The notes below the pieces were generated by a model. It saw only the letters and a list, made by a program, of their open reading frames with translations. It was not told where the DNA came from and searched no databases. 64,000 nucleotides of DNA from an uncultured Acidobacteriota bacterium (GTDB taxonomy: Bacteria; Acidobacteriota; Terriglobia; Acidiferrales; UBA7541), in contig CAWCHM010000009.1 of assembly GCA_963795355.1 (NCBI GenBank), positions 172,932 to 236,931 of the forward strand, written 5' to 3'. The position numbers and the translations under genes were made by a program. Of this stretch, positions 45,414 to 55,307 are shown piece by piece (positions within the stretch are counted from its first letter, which is position 1; every line of letters begins with the position of its first letter).

Positions 45414-46598
45414 CTAACGTGCAACCGCCGCGCGCCACCGTGTCGACACGCGCTCGATCCGATCCAGCGCTTCTTCCAACAGATTGCGCGCGCTTACCAG
45501 CGAGAAGCGCAGATAGTTTTTGCCCGCCGGACCGAAAGCGGCGCCAGCAATTCCGGCAACGCCAGCCTCTTCCAGCAGCAGACGCTGGACTTCCTCGGCC
45601 GGTAGCCCTGTGTCTTCGATATTCACCCAGGCATAGAACGCGCCATCGGGCGACAGAGCGCGAAACCCCGGAATCTGGTTGAGCTTCGTGACGAAGAGAT
45701 CGCGGCGCTTGCGATACTCCAGCACCATCGCGTCCACGGCATTCGTCGAGTCCGCCAACGCTTCGATGGCAGCAATCTGCGAAAATTCGGCGGTGCACGT
45801 GAACGTGTTGAGCACCAGCAAATCGAGCGCGTCGATAAACGCCTTCGGCGCCACCGCGTAGCCCAATCGCCAGCCGGTCATCGCGAACGATTTCGAGAAC
45901 CCATCAATAATAATCGTGCGTTCCTTCATTCCCGGCATGGCGTAGATCGACTTGTATTCGCCATTGAAAAGAATGCGCGCATATATTTCGTCAGCGATGA
46001 CCCACAGATCGTGTTTCACTGCGAGTGCCGCGATTTGCTTCAGCGTCTCTTCGCTAAAAACTGTCCCGGTCGGATTGTTCGGCGAGTTGAAGATGAGCGC
46101 TTTCGAACGCGCCGTAATCTTCGACGCGATCTCCGCGATATCGGGCTGAAACTGATTCTTTTCCTCTAAATAGAACGGGACGGCCTTGCCGCCCAGCCCG
46201 CGCGTGAACGACGGATAGATCGGAAAGCTCGGATCGGGATACAAAATTTCGTCGCCCGGCTCGATGAGCGCCATCATCGTGAGCGATAGCGCCATCTTGC
46301 ATCCGGGCGCGACCAGAACTTCGTCGGACGAGACGTTCAGGTGCCGCGTCCGCTTGAGGTACGCCGCAATCGCTTCGCGCAATGCCGGAACTCCGCGCGG
46401 CGAAACATACCGATCGCGTCCCTCCGCAACCGCGGCGCGAACCGCATCGACCACCGGCGCGGCCGGATGAAAGTCGGGCTCACCGAGCTCGAGATGAATG
46501 ATGGAGCGGCCCTGTTTTTCGAGCTCTTTGGCACGCGAAAAAACCGCCAGCGCGCCTTCGCCGTTCAATTGTGAAACACGTGATGCGAGTGACTTCAT
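45414..46598 (-). CDS. PLP-dependent class I/II aminotransferase (aspartate-aminotransferase-like)
   Basis: GEPDF, NSPNNPTG, ADEIY and GFSKSFAMTGWRLGY. Confidence 0.93.
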   Translation of the reverse strand: MKSLASRVSQLNGEGALAVFSRAKELEKQGRSIIHLELGEPDFHPAAPVVDAVRAAVAEGRDRYVSPRGVPALREAIAAYLKRTRHLNVSSDEVLVAPGCKMALSLTMMALIEPGDEILYPDPSFPIYPSFTRGLGGKAVPFYLEEKNQFQPDIAEIASKITARSKALIFNSPNNPTGTVFSEETLKQIAALAVKHDLWVIADEIYARILFNGEYKSIYAMPGMKERTIIIDGFSKSFAMTGWRLGYAVAPKAFIDALDLLVLNTFTCTAEFSQIAAIEALADSTNAVDAMVLEYRKRRDLFVTKLNQIPGFRALSPDGAFYAWVNIEDTGLPAEEVQRLLLEEAGVAGIAGAAFGPAGKNYLRFSLVSARNLLEEALDRIERVSTRWRAAVAR

Positions 46599-46613
46599 GG
46601 CGAAAGAATCCTA

Positions 46614-47165
46614 TCACTTTGAGGCAGGAAGTGGTGTCACGGGAATGTGCAGGCCATCGATGAATCGCGGGAACATTTCGAACGCCGCCGCCGTCAGAAA
46701 CAGTTCAACAAGCTCGGTATCGGCGAACTCTTTCTTCAACTCGGCGTAGAACGCATCATCCACTTCCTGTGGACCGCGATGCAGTCGGTCGGCAAGCCGA
46801 AACCCCAGCTTCTCTTTGCCGCTATACGGTCCCTTTTCGAAATCCGGCACGCCCGCAATCTGCTCCTCACTCGCGCCTTTTTTCCGTGCTGACGAATTGT
46901 GCGCCTTGATCGCGTATTCCGATTGCATCAGTGTCGAAATCCGGACGGCGACGAGTTCCTTGTACCAGCCCTTGAGCGCGCCATCGCTCAGCAGCGCTTT
47001 CAAGAATCCCGCCATCGCCACTGCGATGCCTTGATTGTACGAGAGCACCTTGAACATATTCGGCACAACGCCTCGTTGTGCGAGCAGCGCGTCGTAGATC
47101 GCCTGGGTTTCTGGTGTGACCGATTCTCTTTCCAGCAGCGGGATGCGAGGTGTCGTGGCGGACAT
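46614..47165 (-). CDS. Carboxymuconolactone decarboxylase/AhpD-like protein with no cysteine
   Basis: GVVPNMF...KELVAVRIS...EY...H...GASEEQI...EKLGF...LVELFL pattern. ATG 47165 follows an AGGAG RBS. Confidence 0.8.
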   Translation of the reverse strand: MSATTPRIPLLERESVTPETQAIYDALLAQRGVVPNMFKVLSYNQGIAVAMAGFLKALLSDGALKGWYKELVAVRISTLMQSEYAIKAHNSSARKKGASEEQIAGVPDFEKGPYSGKEKLGFRLADRLHRGPQEVDDAFYAELKKEFADTELVELFLTAAAFEMFPRFIDGLHIPVTPLPASK

Positions 47166-47195
47166 GGAGTCTCCTGTGAAGGAAAATCTTGGCAC

Positions 47196-47225
47196 AAAAA
47201 ACAAGGGGCGCAAAGTCGCGCCCCT
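47196..47225 (-). terminator. Intrinsic terminator after the TonB-dependent receptor
   Basis: Minus-strand AGGGGCGC-GACTTT-GCGCCCCT followed by TGTTTTTT. Confidence 0.7.
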
Positions 47226-47258
47226 CGCGTTCAACTACATGTTGTAAAGCTCGATCGC

Positions 47259-50200
47259 TTAGAACGAGTACCGCAGCGAGAACTGGATCAATCGCGGCGT
47301 TCCCACGGTGCTGGTGATCTTGCCGAACGGACTGTTCGTCACACCGATGCTCTCCACGTCAACAAACGCCGGGTTCGCGAAGTTGGCATGATTCCAGATG
47401 TTAAAGAAGTCGGTCGTGAAGCGAAGCGCCTGCCGCTCGGTGATATGAAAGTTCTTGATCAGCGAGAAGTCGAAGTTCGCTTGGCCCGGTCCACGGTACG
47501 TGTTGCGTCCAAGGTTGCCGAAGTTGGTCGTGCAGAAGTTCGAGTTCGGGAAGATCGTCGGATCCGGTTGGTTCGGGTCGCATTCCGTCGGATACAGCAG
47601 CGGAGCCGGCGCGAATGCCGCTGGATTCAAGTACCCATTGACGCGCGTGCCGATGCCGCCATGCGAGTAGCTGCTCGATATCGTCGCACCCGACGCGAGG
47701 CTTCCGCCCGTCACACCCGGAGCCGAGCCCCCGCCAAGGAAACCCGTGCCCGCAGCCGAATCGATCACCGAGAATGGCAAGCCCGATTGAACGATCGTAA
47801 TGCCGGCCACGGCCCATCCGCCGAGCGCCTTGCGTTTCCAACCTTCCGCCGACTGGAAGAACGGCAGGTCGTATCGATAGCTGATCGCCAACCGGTGGGT
47901 GCGGTCGAAGTCCGACAAGCCGCGCGAATCCTGCAGCGTCGATTCATCGTTCCACGCGGTATTGAACGCCGTGTTCCCGCTCGACGTCGCATCGGTCGAA
48001 CGCGAGAACGTATACGCCGCCTGGAAATATCCCGCGTTCCAGCGGCGCGACATTGTTGTCTGCAGTGAGTTGTAGTGCGAGTACGCATCGTTGGCAAACT
48101 GCTGGAAGCCGTTGTAGCCGTTGATGCCTTGCGCGCGCGAACGTGCAATCGCATTGGCGAAGGTGTTCGTCGTGATTGACTCGCCGCCCACGACCACCGG
48201 ATTATCCGGCGTCGCGTTCTGCGATTGCAGCGCATCGCGCGTTTCGCGCAGGTGAACGCCGTGCGTGCCGACGTAACCGATTTCGAGCACCCATTGCTTG
48301 CCGAGCGCTCGCTGCACCGTCAGGTTCCACTGTTGCGTGCTCGGAGTTACGAAGTGTCGCGGAACGGTCAAGCCAAAGATGCCGAGCGTCTGGAGCGGAC
48401 CCGGGCAACCTGCGCCGGTCGCCGTTCCATAGTTCGCCGCCTGCGTGGTGTCGCCGCCGGGGAAGCCCTGAAAAACGTTCAAGCACGGTACAAAGTTTGG
48501 ATCGAGCGTGCCTGCCTGCGGCAGCGCGTTCGGGTTGGGATTCGGGCAGCCCGGTGGAGGCGTCGCCGAAAAGAATGAGCCAAGGCAACCTGGTGAGCCG
48601 CCGCCAAACGTCACGGGCAAAAATGGCGGGTTGAATGAAAGTTGGTCGGCCGTGCCCACGTCTTCCCGGACGTAATAGATGCCGAAGCCTGCGCGGATCG
48701 TCGTGGTGTGATGACCAAACAAGTCATACGCCAAGCCGATGCGCGGCCCGAGTCCGGTCGCGTAGTTATTGTTGAACGTGGTGCCGTTCGCATCGCCGGT
48801 CAGGCCTGTCACGTTGAGCTTGTTCACGCAGCTCGGATAGACGAAGGGGAACGTCCCCGCGTTGGCCAGCGACGGATCGAGATTGCTGATGTGGCAGGCA
48901 TCGTCGTGGAACGCGCCAAACATTTCAGCGCGCAATCCAAGGTTCAGCGTCAGGTTGCGGCGAATCTTCCAATCGTCTTGCGCGAACACCGCGTAGTTGT
49001 TCGACCGGTATTTGTGAGTCGAAAGACCGCCGCCGCCGAAACTGAACTCCGGCACGCCGAGCAGGAAGTTCTGGAAGTCGGTGTTGCCGTCCGGCGTGTT
49101 CGTGAAGAACAACTCGCCGTTGAATACCTGCGGAAAATTCTTGTCGAGGTTGACATGCGTGAACTCGCCGCCAAAACGGAAAACGTGCGCGCCCTTGACC
49201 CAGCTCACTGTGTCCACAAAGTTGATGTTGTTCTGATTCTGCGACTGGTTGCCGAACGGCGCTGGCCCGAGTTCGAAACCTGAGCTTTCGAAAAAGAATC
49301 TGTAGATCGAATCGGTCAAGCTGTTCGTCGGACGATCGATCCCCAGGTCAGCCGTCGTCACCGGCGGCTCGTTATTCAGGTCGTCATTGATATGCACGAG
49401 CCCGAAGCGGAACTCGTTGACGAGCGTCGGCGAAAAGAGATGCGTCTCGCCGATATTCAGGAAGCGCGCGTGTACCGGCGTGTCGAATGGGAAGTTGAGC
49501 GAGCTCGAGCTGACGGCGCTGGCCAAAGTCGACCCCAGCGATTCCTGCAAGTCGCCGCCGCCAAACGGGAGAAGACTCTCGGAGTCCGAGAAGAAGAACC
49601 GCACCGACAGCTTGTCCTGGCCGCCGCGGAATTCGCGGTCCCAGTTCGCGGTGAACTGATCGTCCGTATATTTACCCGGCTTGCTGACTGCGAACGCGCC
49701 CGTCGCCGGATCGCCGCTCGGGATCAGAAAGCCGCCCGGCTGCGCGCCGAACTGGTTGCCCTGAAACTGCAACAGCTTGAGCACCACTGGATCGATCGCC
49801 GTCGTCGTGTTGCCGAAAAACGCCTGCGAGATCGCCGCTTCCGAGCGGTCCGCGGGCAACGTCGGAATCGTCGTACTGATAAATGTGCCTGGCGAAAGTC
49901 CGCTGCGCTGCCGCGTACCCTGATAATTCACGAAAAAGTAGCCTAGCTTTTCCTTCACCACCGGCCCGCCGAGGCTGCCGCCAAAAATGTTCTGCTTCAC
50001 CGACGGCCGCGCCAGCCCTTGTTGATTCAGAAAGAAGTCGTTCGCATTCAGCACATCGTTGCGGAAAAATTCATACGCATCGCCATGGTACGTTTTCGTG
50101 CCCGACTTCAGGATCGCGTTGACGTTGCCGCCGCCGTTGCGCCCCTGACTCGCGTCGTACAGCGACGTCTGCACCTTGAATTCTTGAATGACGTCCGGAT

Positions 50201-50855
50201 TCGGCAGTGGCACGTACGTCGCCTGCGCCACGTTGTAGTCCGTCGCGCTGATGCCGTCGATCAGGTAATTGTTGTTGTCTTCGCGCTGCCCGTTGACGAA
50301 CAACTTGGCGGAGCCGCGTCCCAGTTGCGCTGCTGCATTCAAATCACTCTGCGCGCCGGCCGACAGCGTCAGCAGTTGCTGATAGTTCTGTGTCGCCAGC
50401 GGCAATTCGCGGACCGTCTCGGTACCGATCGATTGCCCCGTCGTCGCGTTCGACGTTTCGACACTGGTCACCTGCGCCGAAATCTCCACCTTCTCCGACA
50501 CCGAGCCCGGCTTCAGCGGGATCGTCACCCTCACCGTTTCCGTGACGTGAACCTCGATGCTCTCGCTCTTCGCCTCGGCGAAGCCCGACTTGTTCACCAC
50601 CACCGAGTACGTCCCCGGCGGCAGCAGCGTCACGATGAACGACCCGTCCGCATTCGTCTGTACTTTACGCGCCAGGGCTTCGGTGCGCTGGTCAATCACC
50701 TGTACCTCCGCGCCCTCCACAGCCGATCCCGTCGTGTCGTTCACGACGCCGTCGATAGCGCCCGTCGCGCCTCCCTGTCCGTACGTCCGGACTCCGGCCA
50801 GTGCGCACGCCACAAAAAACACCGCGGCCAGTAATAATCGAGACATCCCCCTCAT
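47259..50855 (-). CDS. TonB-dependent receptor, Oar-like, with a carboxypeptidase-regulatory N-domain
   Basis: Signal peptide, GAIDGVVNDTTG, ELPLATQNY, NYLIDGIS, LKSGT, LNANDFF, NLGLRAE and C-terminal QFSLRYSF. Confidence 0.93.
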   Translation of the reverse strand: MRGMSRLLLAAVFFVACALAGVRTYGQGGATGAIDGVVNDTTGSAVEGAEVQVIDQRTEALARKVQTNADGSFIVTLLPPGTYSVVVNKSGFAEAKSESIEVHVTETVRVTIPLKPGSVSEKVEISAQVTSVETSNATTGQSIGTETVRELPLATQNYQQLLTLSAGAQSDLNAAAQLGRGSAKLFVNGQREDNNNYLIDGISATDYNVAQATYVPLPNPDVIQEFKVQTSLYDASQGRNGGGNVNAILKSGTKTYHGDAYEFFRNDVLNANDFFLNQQGLARPSVKQNIFGGSLGGPVVKEKLGYFFVNYQGTRQRSGLSPGTFISTTIPTLPADRSEAAISQAFFGNTTTAIDPVVLKLLQFQGNQFGAQPGGFLIPSGDPATGAFAVSKPGKYTDDQFTANWDREFRGGQDKLSVRFFFSDSESLLPFGGGDLQESLGSTLASAVSSSSLNFPFDTPVHARFLNIGETHLFSPTLVNEFRFGLVHINDDLNNEPPVTTADLGIDRPTNSLTDSIYRFFFESSGFELGPAPFGNQSQNQNNINFVDTVSWVKGAHVFRFGGEFTHVNLDKNFPQVFNGELFFTNTPDGNTDFQNFLLGVPEFSFGGGGLSTHKYRSNNYAVFAQDDWKIRRNLTLNLGLRAEMFGAFHDDACHISNLDPSLANAGTFPFVYPSCVNKLNVTGLTGDANGTTFNNNYATGLGPRIGLAYDLFGHHTTTIRAGFGIYYVREDVGTADQLSFNPPFLPVTFGGGSPGCLGSFFSATPPPGCPNPNPNALPQAGTLDPNFVPCLNVFQGFPGGDTTQAANYGTATGAGCPGPLQTLGIFGLTVPRHFVTPSTQQWNLTVQRALGKQWVLEIGYVGTHGVHLRETRDALQSQNATPDNPVVVGGESITTNTFANAIARSRAQGINGYNGFQQFANDAYSHYNSLQTTMSRRWNAGYFQAAYTFSRSTDATSSGNTAFNTAWNDESTLQDSRGLSDFDRTHRLAISYRYDLPFFQSAEGWKRKALGGWAVAGITIVQSGLPFSVIDSAAGTGFLGGGSAPGVTGGSLASGATISSSYSHGGIGTRVNGYLNPAAFAPAPLLYPTECDPNQPDPTIFPNSNFCTTNFGNLGRNTYRGPGQANFDFSLIKNFHITERQALRFTTDFFNIWNHANFANPAFVDVESIGVTNSPFGKITSTVGTPRLIQFSLRYSF

Positions 50856-51286
50856 GATTCCCCCTAATCGCAGACCGGATTTACGGTCGCCTTGATTGGA
50901 CTTGAGTGGACCGCTGGAACGATGACAACCGACCAAATCGTTTTGCGGTCTATGAACTGGTTCTCTTACAAGGACACTACGTGAACGTTCGTGGGCTCAG
51001 TTCCGACAACACGAACACTGAGTAACGTGGACAACTCGCGGATTCTTCACAACACCACCCCTGCAATGAAACTAGCGTTCCGCCCCATTGCCTGTCAAGC
51101 CGACAGCCGTGAAACCTTTCGCTTTGTCTTATCCATGTCTCATTGCAGTCCCAAATCGCCCCGCCCCTTGACGCCAGCGTCCCCGTCCCCGAGTATGTAG
51201 GAAGTCCAGGTTGGCGCTGCAGGGCTGCAACGCGCGGTGTCTAATCCGTCTCACAGTTAGCAGTGTCCCCAATAGGGGGTGACATT

Positions 51287-52987
51287 ATGTTTTCCCGTAC
51301 GATCCGCTTCGCATCCTTTTCTGTCGGTCTCTTCGCGCTCTTCCTCCTCGCCACTCTCTCCAGCGGTCCGTCCGCTCGCGCCGATGCCAGTCACATCCGA
51401 ATTATTCGCATCAGCTACGTCCAGGGCGACGTGCGTCTCGCCCGCGACGTCAAAGGCGACCCGCTCGCCGGCGCCGAAAACATCATCTGGGAGAACGCCG
51501 AACTCAATCTCCCTATCCGCCAGGGCTTCGTCATCTCCACCGAGAAGGGCCTTGCCGAAGTTGAGTTTGAAAACGGCTCGCTCGCGCTTATCGGCGAAAA
51601 CACCGTTCTCCAGTTCTTCGACCTTTCGCTCGAAGACGGCTCCAAGACCACGCGTCTTGTTCTGCGTCAGGGCACCGCCACCTTCTCTATCAATCCGAGC
51701 AACGGCGACTATTTCAGCGTCACCGGTGGCGATTTCAGCGTCGAAGCCGACGGCCACTCCGCCTTCCGCGTCGACAACTTCGACGACGGCAGCCGAGTCA
51801 ACGTCACCAAGGGCCGCGTCAACGTCCTGCGCAAGAAGGGCTCGACCATTCTGGACAAAGGGCAGACCTTCTCCATGAAGGCCGACGATCCAAAGAATTT
51901 CGACATCGCGACGAATACTTCGGCGGGCGATGCTTTTGACAAGTGGGCTCAAAATCGCATCAGCGCTGAGTACAACGGCACCGCCGCCGCTCAGCAATAC
52001 GTCAATTCGCCTGGCTACTCCTCCGGCCTCTCGAGCCTCTACACCTACGGCGCTTTCTATCCGTGCCAATATGGGAATTGCTGGCGTCCGTATGGATATG
52101 GCCTCGGCTGGTCACCGTTCGACAGCGGCTCTTGGGCCCTCGATCCCTCGATCGGCATGTCTTTCATCGGAAATCAGCCTTGGGGCTGGCTCCCGTACCA
52201 CTATGGCGGCTGGATCTTTGATCCCCTACACGGCTGGCTCTGGGCTCCCGGCGCCGGCGGCAATTTCATCAACGGCTATTCGCCCGTAACCGGCACATGG
52301 TTGCGCGGCAAGAACGGACCCATCGGCATCGTGCCGACGCATCCGCTCGATGCCCGTAGCAAAACTCCCCTGAATCTGACGCGCGGAGTCTTCCCCGTTT
52401 CCAACGGCACGATCGGTAAGCTCTCTCCCGTTCAGAGCGGCGAGCAATGGAAGACCGTGAAGTCAATTCCGACGAACACCGTCACGCCGCGTGTCGCATC
52501 CACGACGGCTCCCGCGCGCGTTGATCGCACGATGGCCGGTGGAAACTTCGCGGCGCGCAGCGTCACGCTTGGCAAGGGCTCGGCTCTTGCGTATGACGCG
52601 GCGGCGCATCGCTTCGTCAATTCCAGCGCTCCCGCCGCAACAAACGCCCGCGTTGGCGCGATGACTGGCTCACCAGCTGGCGCAATCAACTCTCGCAGTG
52701 CGGCACCGGCTTCCACGTCCGCGATGCGCGTTTCAAATCCCGGCGCGCGCCCGACGGCAGCTCCAGCTCGCAACTTCTCGACGGCCTCGCGTTCAATGGC
52801 GCCGCCATCGGCTCCCCGTTCCGGCGCCGCGTCCTTCGGTCGCGTAGGCGGCAATTCCGGCGGCGGGGCCAACAGTGGTGGACGCTCCGGCGGCTTCTCC
52901 GCCGCAAGCTCCTCCGCATCGCACGGTTCCTCCGCCCCGTCCGGCGGAAGCAGCGCCAGTGTAGGCTCCGGCGGTCGCGCCCACTAG
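51287..52987 (+). CDS. Exported FecR-domain protein with a W/Y/G/P-rich (DUF6600-like) region and a Gly/Ser tail
   Basis: RIIRISYVQGDV...GLAEVEFENGS (FecR-like), CWRPY...WSPF..GSW...WGWLPYHYGGW, and a low-complexity C-terminus. Confidence 0.75.
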   Translation: MFSRTIRFASFSVGLFALFLLATLSSGPSARADASHIRIIRISYVQGDVRLARDVKGDPLAGAENIIWENAELNLPIRQGFVISTEKGLAEVEFENGSLALIGENTVLQFFDLSLEDGSKTTRLVLRQGTATFSINPSNGDYFSVTGGDFSVEADGHSAFRVDNFDDGSRVNVTKGRVNVLRKKGSTILDKGQTFSMKADDPKNFDIATNTSAGDAFDKWAQNRISAEYNGTAAAQQYVNSPGYSSGLSSLYTYGAFYPCQYGNCWRPYGYGLGWSPFDSGSWALDPSIGMSFIGNQPWGWLPYHYGGWIFDPLHGWLWAPGAGGNFINGYSPVTGTWLRGKNGPIGIVPTHPLDARSKTPLNLTRGVFPVSNGTIGKLSPVQSGEQWKTVKSIPTNTVTPRVASTTAPARVDRTMAGGNFAARSVTLGKGSALAYDAAAHRFVNSSAPAATNARVGAMTGSPAGAINSRSAAPASTSAMRVSNPGARPTAAPARNFSTASRSMAPPSAPRSGAASFGRVGGNSGGGANSGGRSGGFSAASSSASHGSSAPSGGSSASVGSGGRAH

Positions 52988-53005
52988 TAAGATCCCAATC
53001 AACGC

Positions 53006-53035
53006 AAAGAAGGCCGCCTTCCGGCGGCCTTCTTT
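53006..53035. terminator. Bidirectional intrinsic terminator
   Basis: AAAGAAGGCCGCC-TTCC-GGCGGCCTTCTTT between convergent genes. Confidence 0.85.
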
Positions 53036-53124
53036 ATTTCTCACGTCGCATCAGCGGACATGTCGTGGAGGCGTTTCGTGGACTCGCCCCATGCTCTGAA
53101 TTCATTTGCGCGGGCCTGTTCGCC

Positions 53125-55149
53125 TCACCCCACTTCTGTGAACACATACTCATGCTGTCCATCGCGAATCGTCAGCGTCCGTTTCCCGCCCTTCTCCCCG
53201 ACGACGAACTCGAACCCTCCCACCGATGGATCAATCGTGATGAACGAAATGCTCCCATCGTCATTCTTGCGAGACGCCACAGTGCTCTTCCACTCTCCGA
53301 AATCAAACACCGTTCGCCCATCCGCGCTCTTCACATCGATATCGCCCAACTCCTTGCTGGTATATTTCTTCGCCAGCTTGGCCACTTGATCCGGAGCCGC
53401 CGGCACCACCAACCGCTCCCGAGCCTTCGCCAGTTCCGCCTTGTACTGCGCGGCCGAAGCTTCAACCTCCTTCTCCGCCTCCGGCTTTCCGTCAAACACA
53501 ACTTCCAACATCCGCCGTGACAACGGTCCCCGCAGATACACACCGGAATCCGAGTTCGTCAAAATCACCGCGGCAATTCCCGAATCCGGCAGCAGATACC
53601 AGTTGCTGTGGAATCCGGAGAGATCACCTCCGTGGCTCACCACCGGAACACCATACGTCTTGTCCACGATCACGCCCATGCCGTACCACGAGTCTTCACC
53701 CAGACTCACCTGTGACTTCTCGCGCATCACCAGATTTTCTTCCGACACCAATTTCTTTCCATCCGGCAACTTTCCCCGGTCCGCCTCCAGTTGCACGTAC
53801 TTCATGAGGTCCGCCGATGACGTCCATACCGCTCCCGCCGGGCGCGCCGGAATCACCGCATAGTTCAACGCCATGTCCGTCACCGCCGTCTTCCCATCCA
53901 CATCATTGCCGTGCGGCGACGCGTGATCCCCCGCTAGCGCCTTCGCGTAATTAAACGTCGTCACATTCATTTGCAGCGGATCGAAAATCAACGTCTGCAT
54001 CGCCTTGTCGTACGCCGCGCCCAATTCCAGATTCGGATACGCAACGTGTCCGCTGATGAATCCCGCTGCCGCCGCCATCAAATTGCTGTACTGAAACACT
54101 TCGCCAAATTTGCTCGTCGGTTGCATCGTTCCCAGCAACGTCAGCGCCGACTCCGGCGTCGCATTCTTGAACTCGAAGAGCCACTCCAGGTCCTGCCGCG
54201 GCAAACCAGTACAGGCGCAGATAAGATTCTTCACCAGTACCTTCTTCGTGGTCTCCGCATCGCCCAGCTTGAATTTCGGATACACATCCACCACCGGCTC
54301 ATCCCACTTCAACTTTCCCTGATCGACCAATCGCGCCATCATCAGCGTCGTCATGCCTTTCGTGTTCGACGCCGCCATGAACAGCGTGTTCTCATCCACT
54401 TTTTCCGGCTTGCCCAACTCGCGCACGCCAAATCCGCCGGCGAACACCACCTTCCCGTGATCCAGAAGCGCCAGCCCCACTCCCGGCACATCCAGCTGCT
54501 TCATCCCGTTCTGCACGAAGTCCGTCAACTGCGCGATTCGCGCTGTGTCCAGCGCATGCGGTTGCCGTCCGGCGAACGACTCCTTCTGATAGCCCTTCGG
54601 CCGCACCGTCTCGAAAATCAGACCGATCGGCGCGCCGCGCTTCTCTGCCGTCATGTCGGTCGCATCGAGCACGATCACCGTCCAGCTTTTTCCTGCGCGC
54701 AGCGCCAGCGCACCGATCGTGGCGCGCTCGTTTGGCGATGTTTCGTACTCCAGCGACTGCCGTTCTGCCCAGCCGTCCTTCGGCGCATTCGCGGTCACAA
54801 GTTTTACCGGATGCGTCTCTTTTCCTCGATACGCGACCCACGCGGCGGCGGCGGCCGCCTTAGCATCGGCTGCTTCACCGGCATCAAAGATCGCCACATG
54901 CGAGTCCGTCTCCGGCGGCGTGAGCACGACCACATTCTTCCCGGTCTCCATCGACCATCCCGCCGGCACCGTAAACGTCGTGCCTCCCGGCGAAGTCTTC
55001 CCGGTCTCCGCCGACACCAACTCCGCTTTGGATCGCGTCTCCTGAGCCGGCCCCGCGGAGCACGCGCTCATGCCTCCCGCCAGCGCCAACACCCACGCCG
55101 CTCGCCGCACAAAATTTCCGATGCCCATTCGCCCCGCGCCTTCGTTCAT
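53125..55149 (-). CDS. Serine hydrolase of the beta-lactamase/AmpC-like family with an N-terminal extension
   Basis: ASNTK (SxxK), FQYSN (YxN) and SHGG; possible lipobox MSAC. Confidence 0.88.
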   Translation of the reverse strand: MNEGAGRMGIGNFVRRAAWVLALAGGMSACSAGPAQETRSKAELVSAETGKTSPGGTTFTVPAGWSMETGKNVVVLTPPETDSHVAIFDAGEAADAKAAAAAAWVAYRGKETHPVKLVTANAPKDGWAERQSLEYETSPNERATIGALALRAGKSWTVIVLDATDMTAEKRGAPIGLIFETVRPKGYQKESFAGRQPHALDTARIAQLTDFVQNGMKQLDVPGVGLALLDHGKVVFAGGFGVRELGKPEKVDENTLFMAASNTKGMTTLMMARLVDQGKLKWDEPVVDVYPKFKLGDAETTKKVLVKNLICACTGLPRQDLEWLFEFKNATPESALTLLGTMQPTSKFGEVFQYSNLMAAAAGFISGHVAYPNLELGAAYDKAMQTLIFDPLQMNVTTFNYAKALAGDHASPHGNDVDGKTAVTDMALNYAVIPARPAGAVWTSSADLMKYVQLEADRGKLPDGKKLVSEENLVMREKSQVSLGEDSWYGMGVIVDKTYGVPVVSHGGDLSGFHSNWYLLPDSGIAAVILTNSDSGVYLRGPLSRRMLEVVFDGKPEAEKEVEASAAQYKAELAKARERLVVPAAPDQVAKLAKKYTSKELGDIDVKSADGRTVFDFGEWKSTVASRKNDDGSISFITIDPSVGGFEFVVGEKGGKRTLTIRDGQHEYVFTEVG

Positions 55150-55307
55150 CGCACCCACCTCACGAAACAGTGTCGACCGCACATACTCACCCCTACAGCG
55201 CCCCTAGTAAATCCGGACCGCAGCATTCTGGCAATCGCTTTCTTAAGAATGAAGTAGTCCCCGGTTGGTTCACACGACCGGCAGCTGCGTGCTTCATCGT
55301 TATTTCT

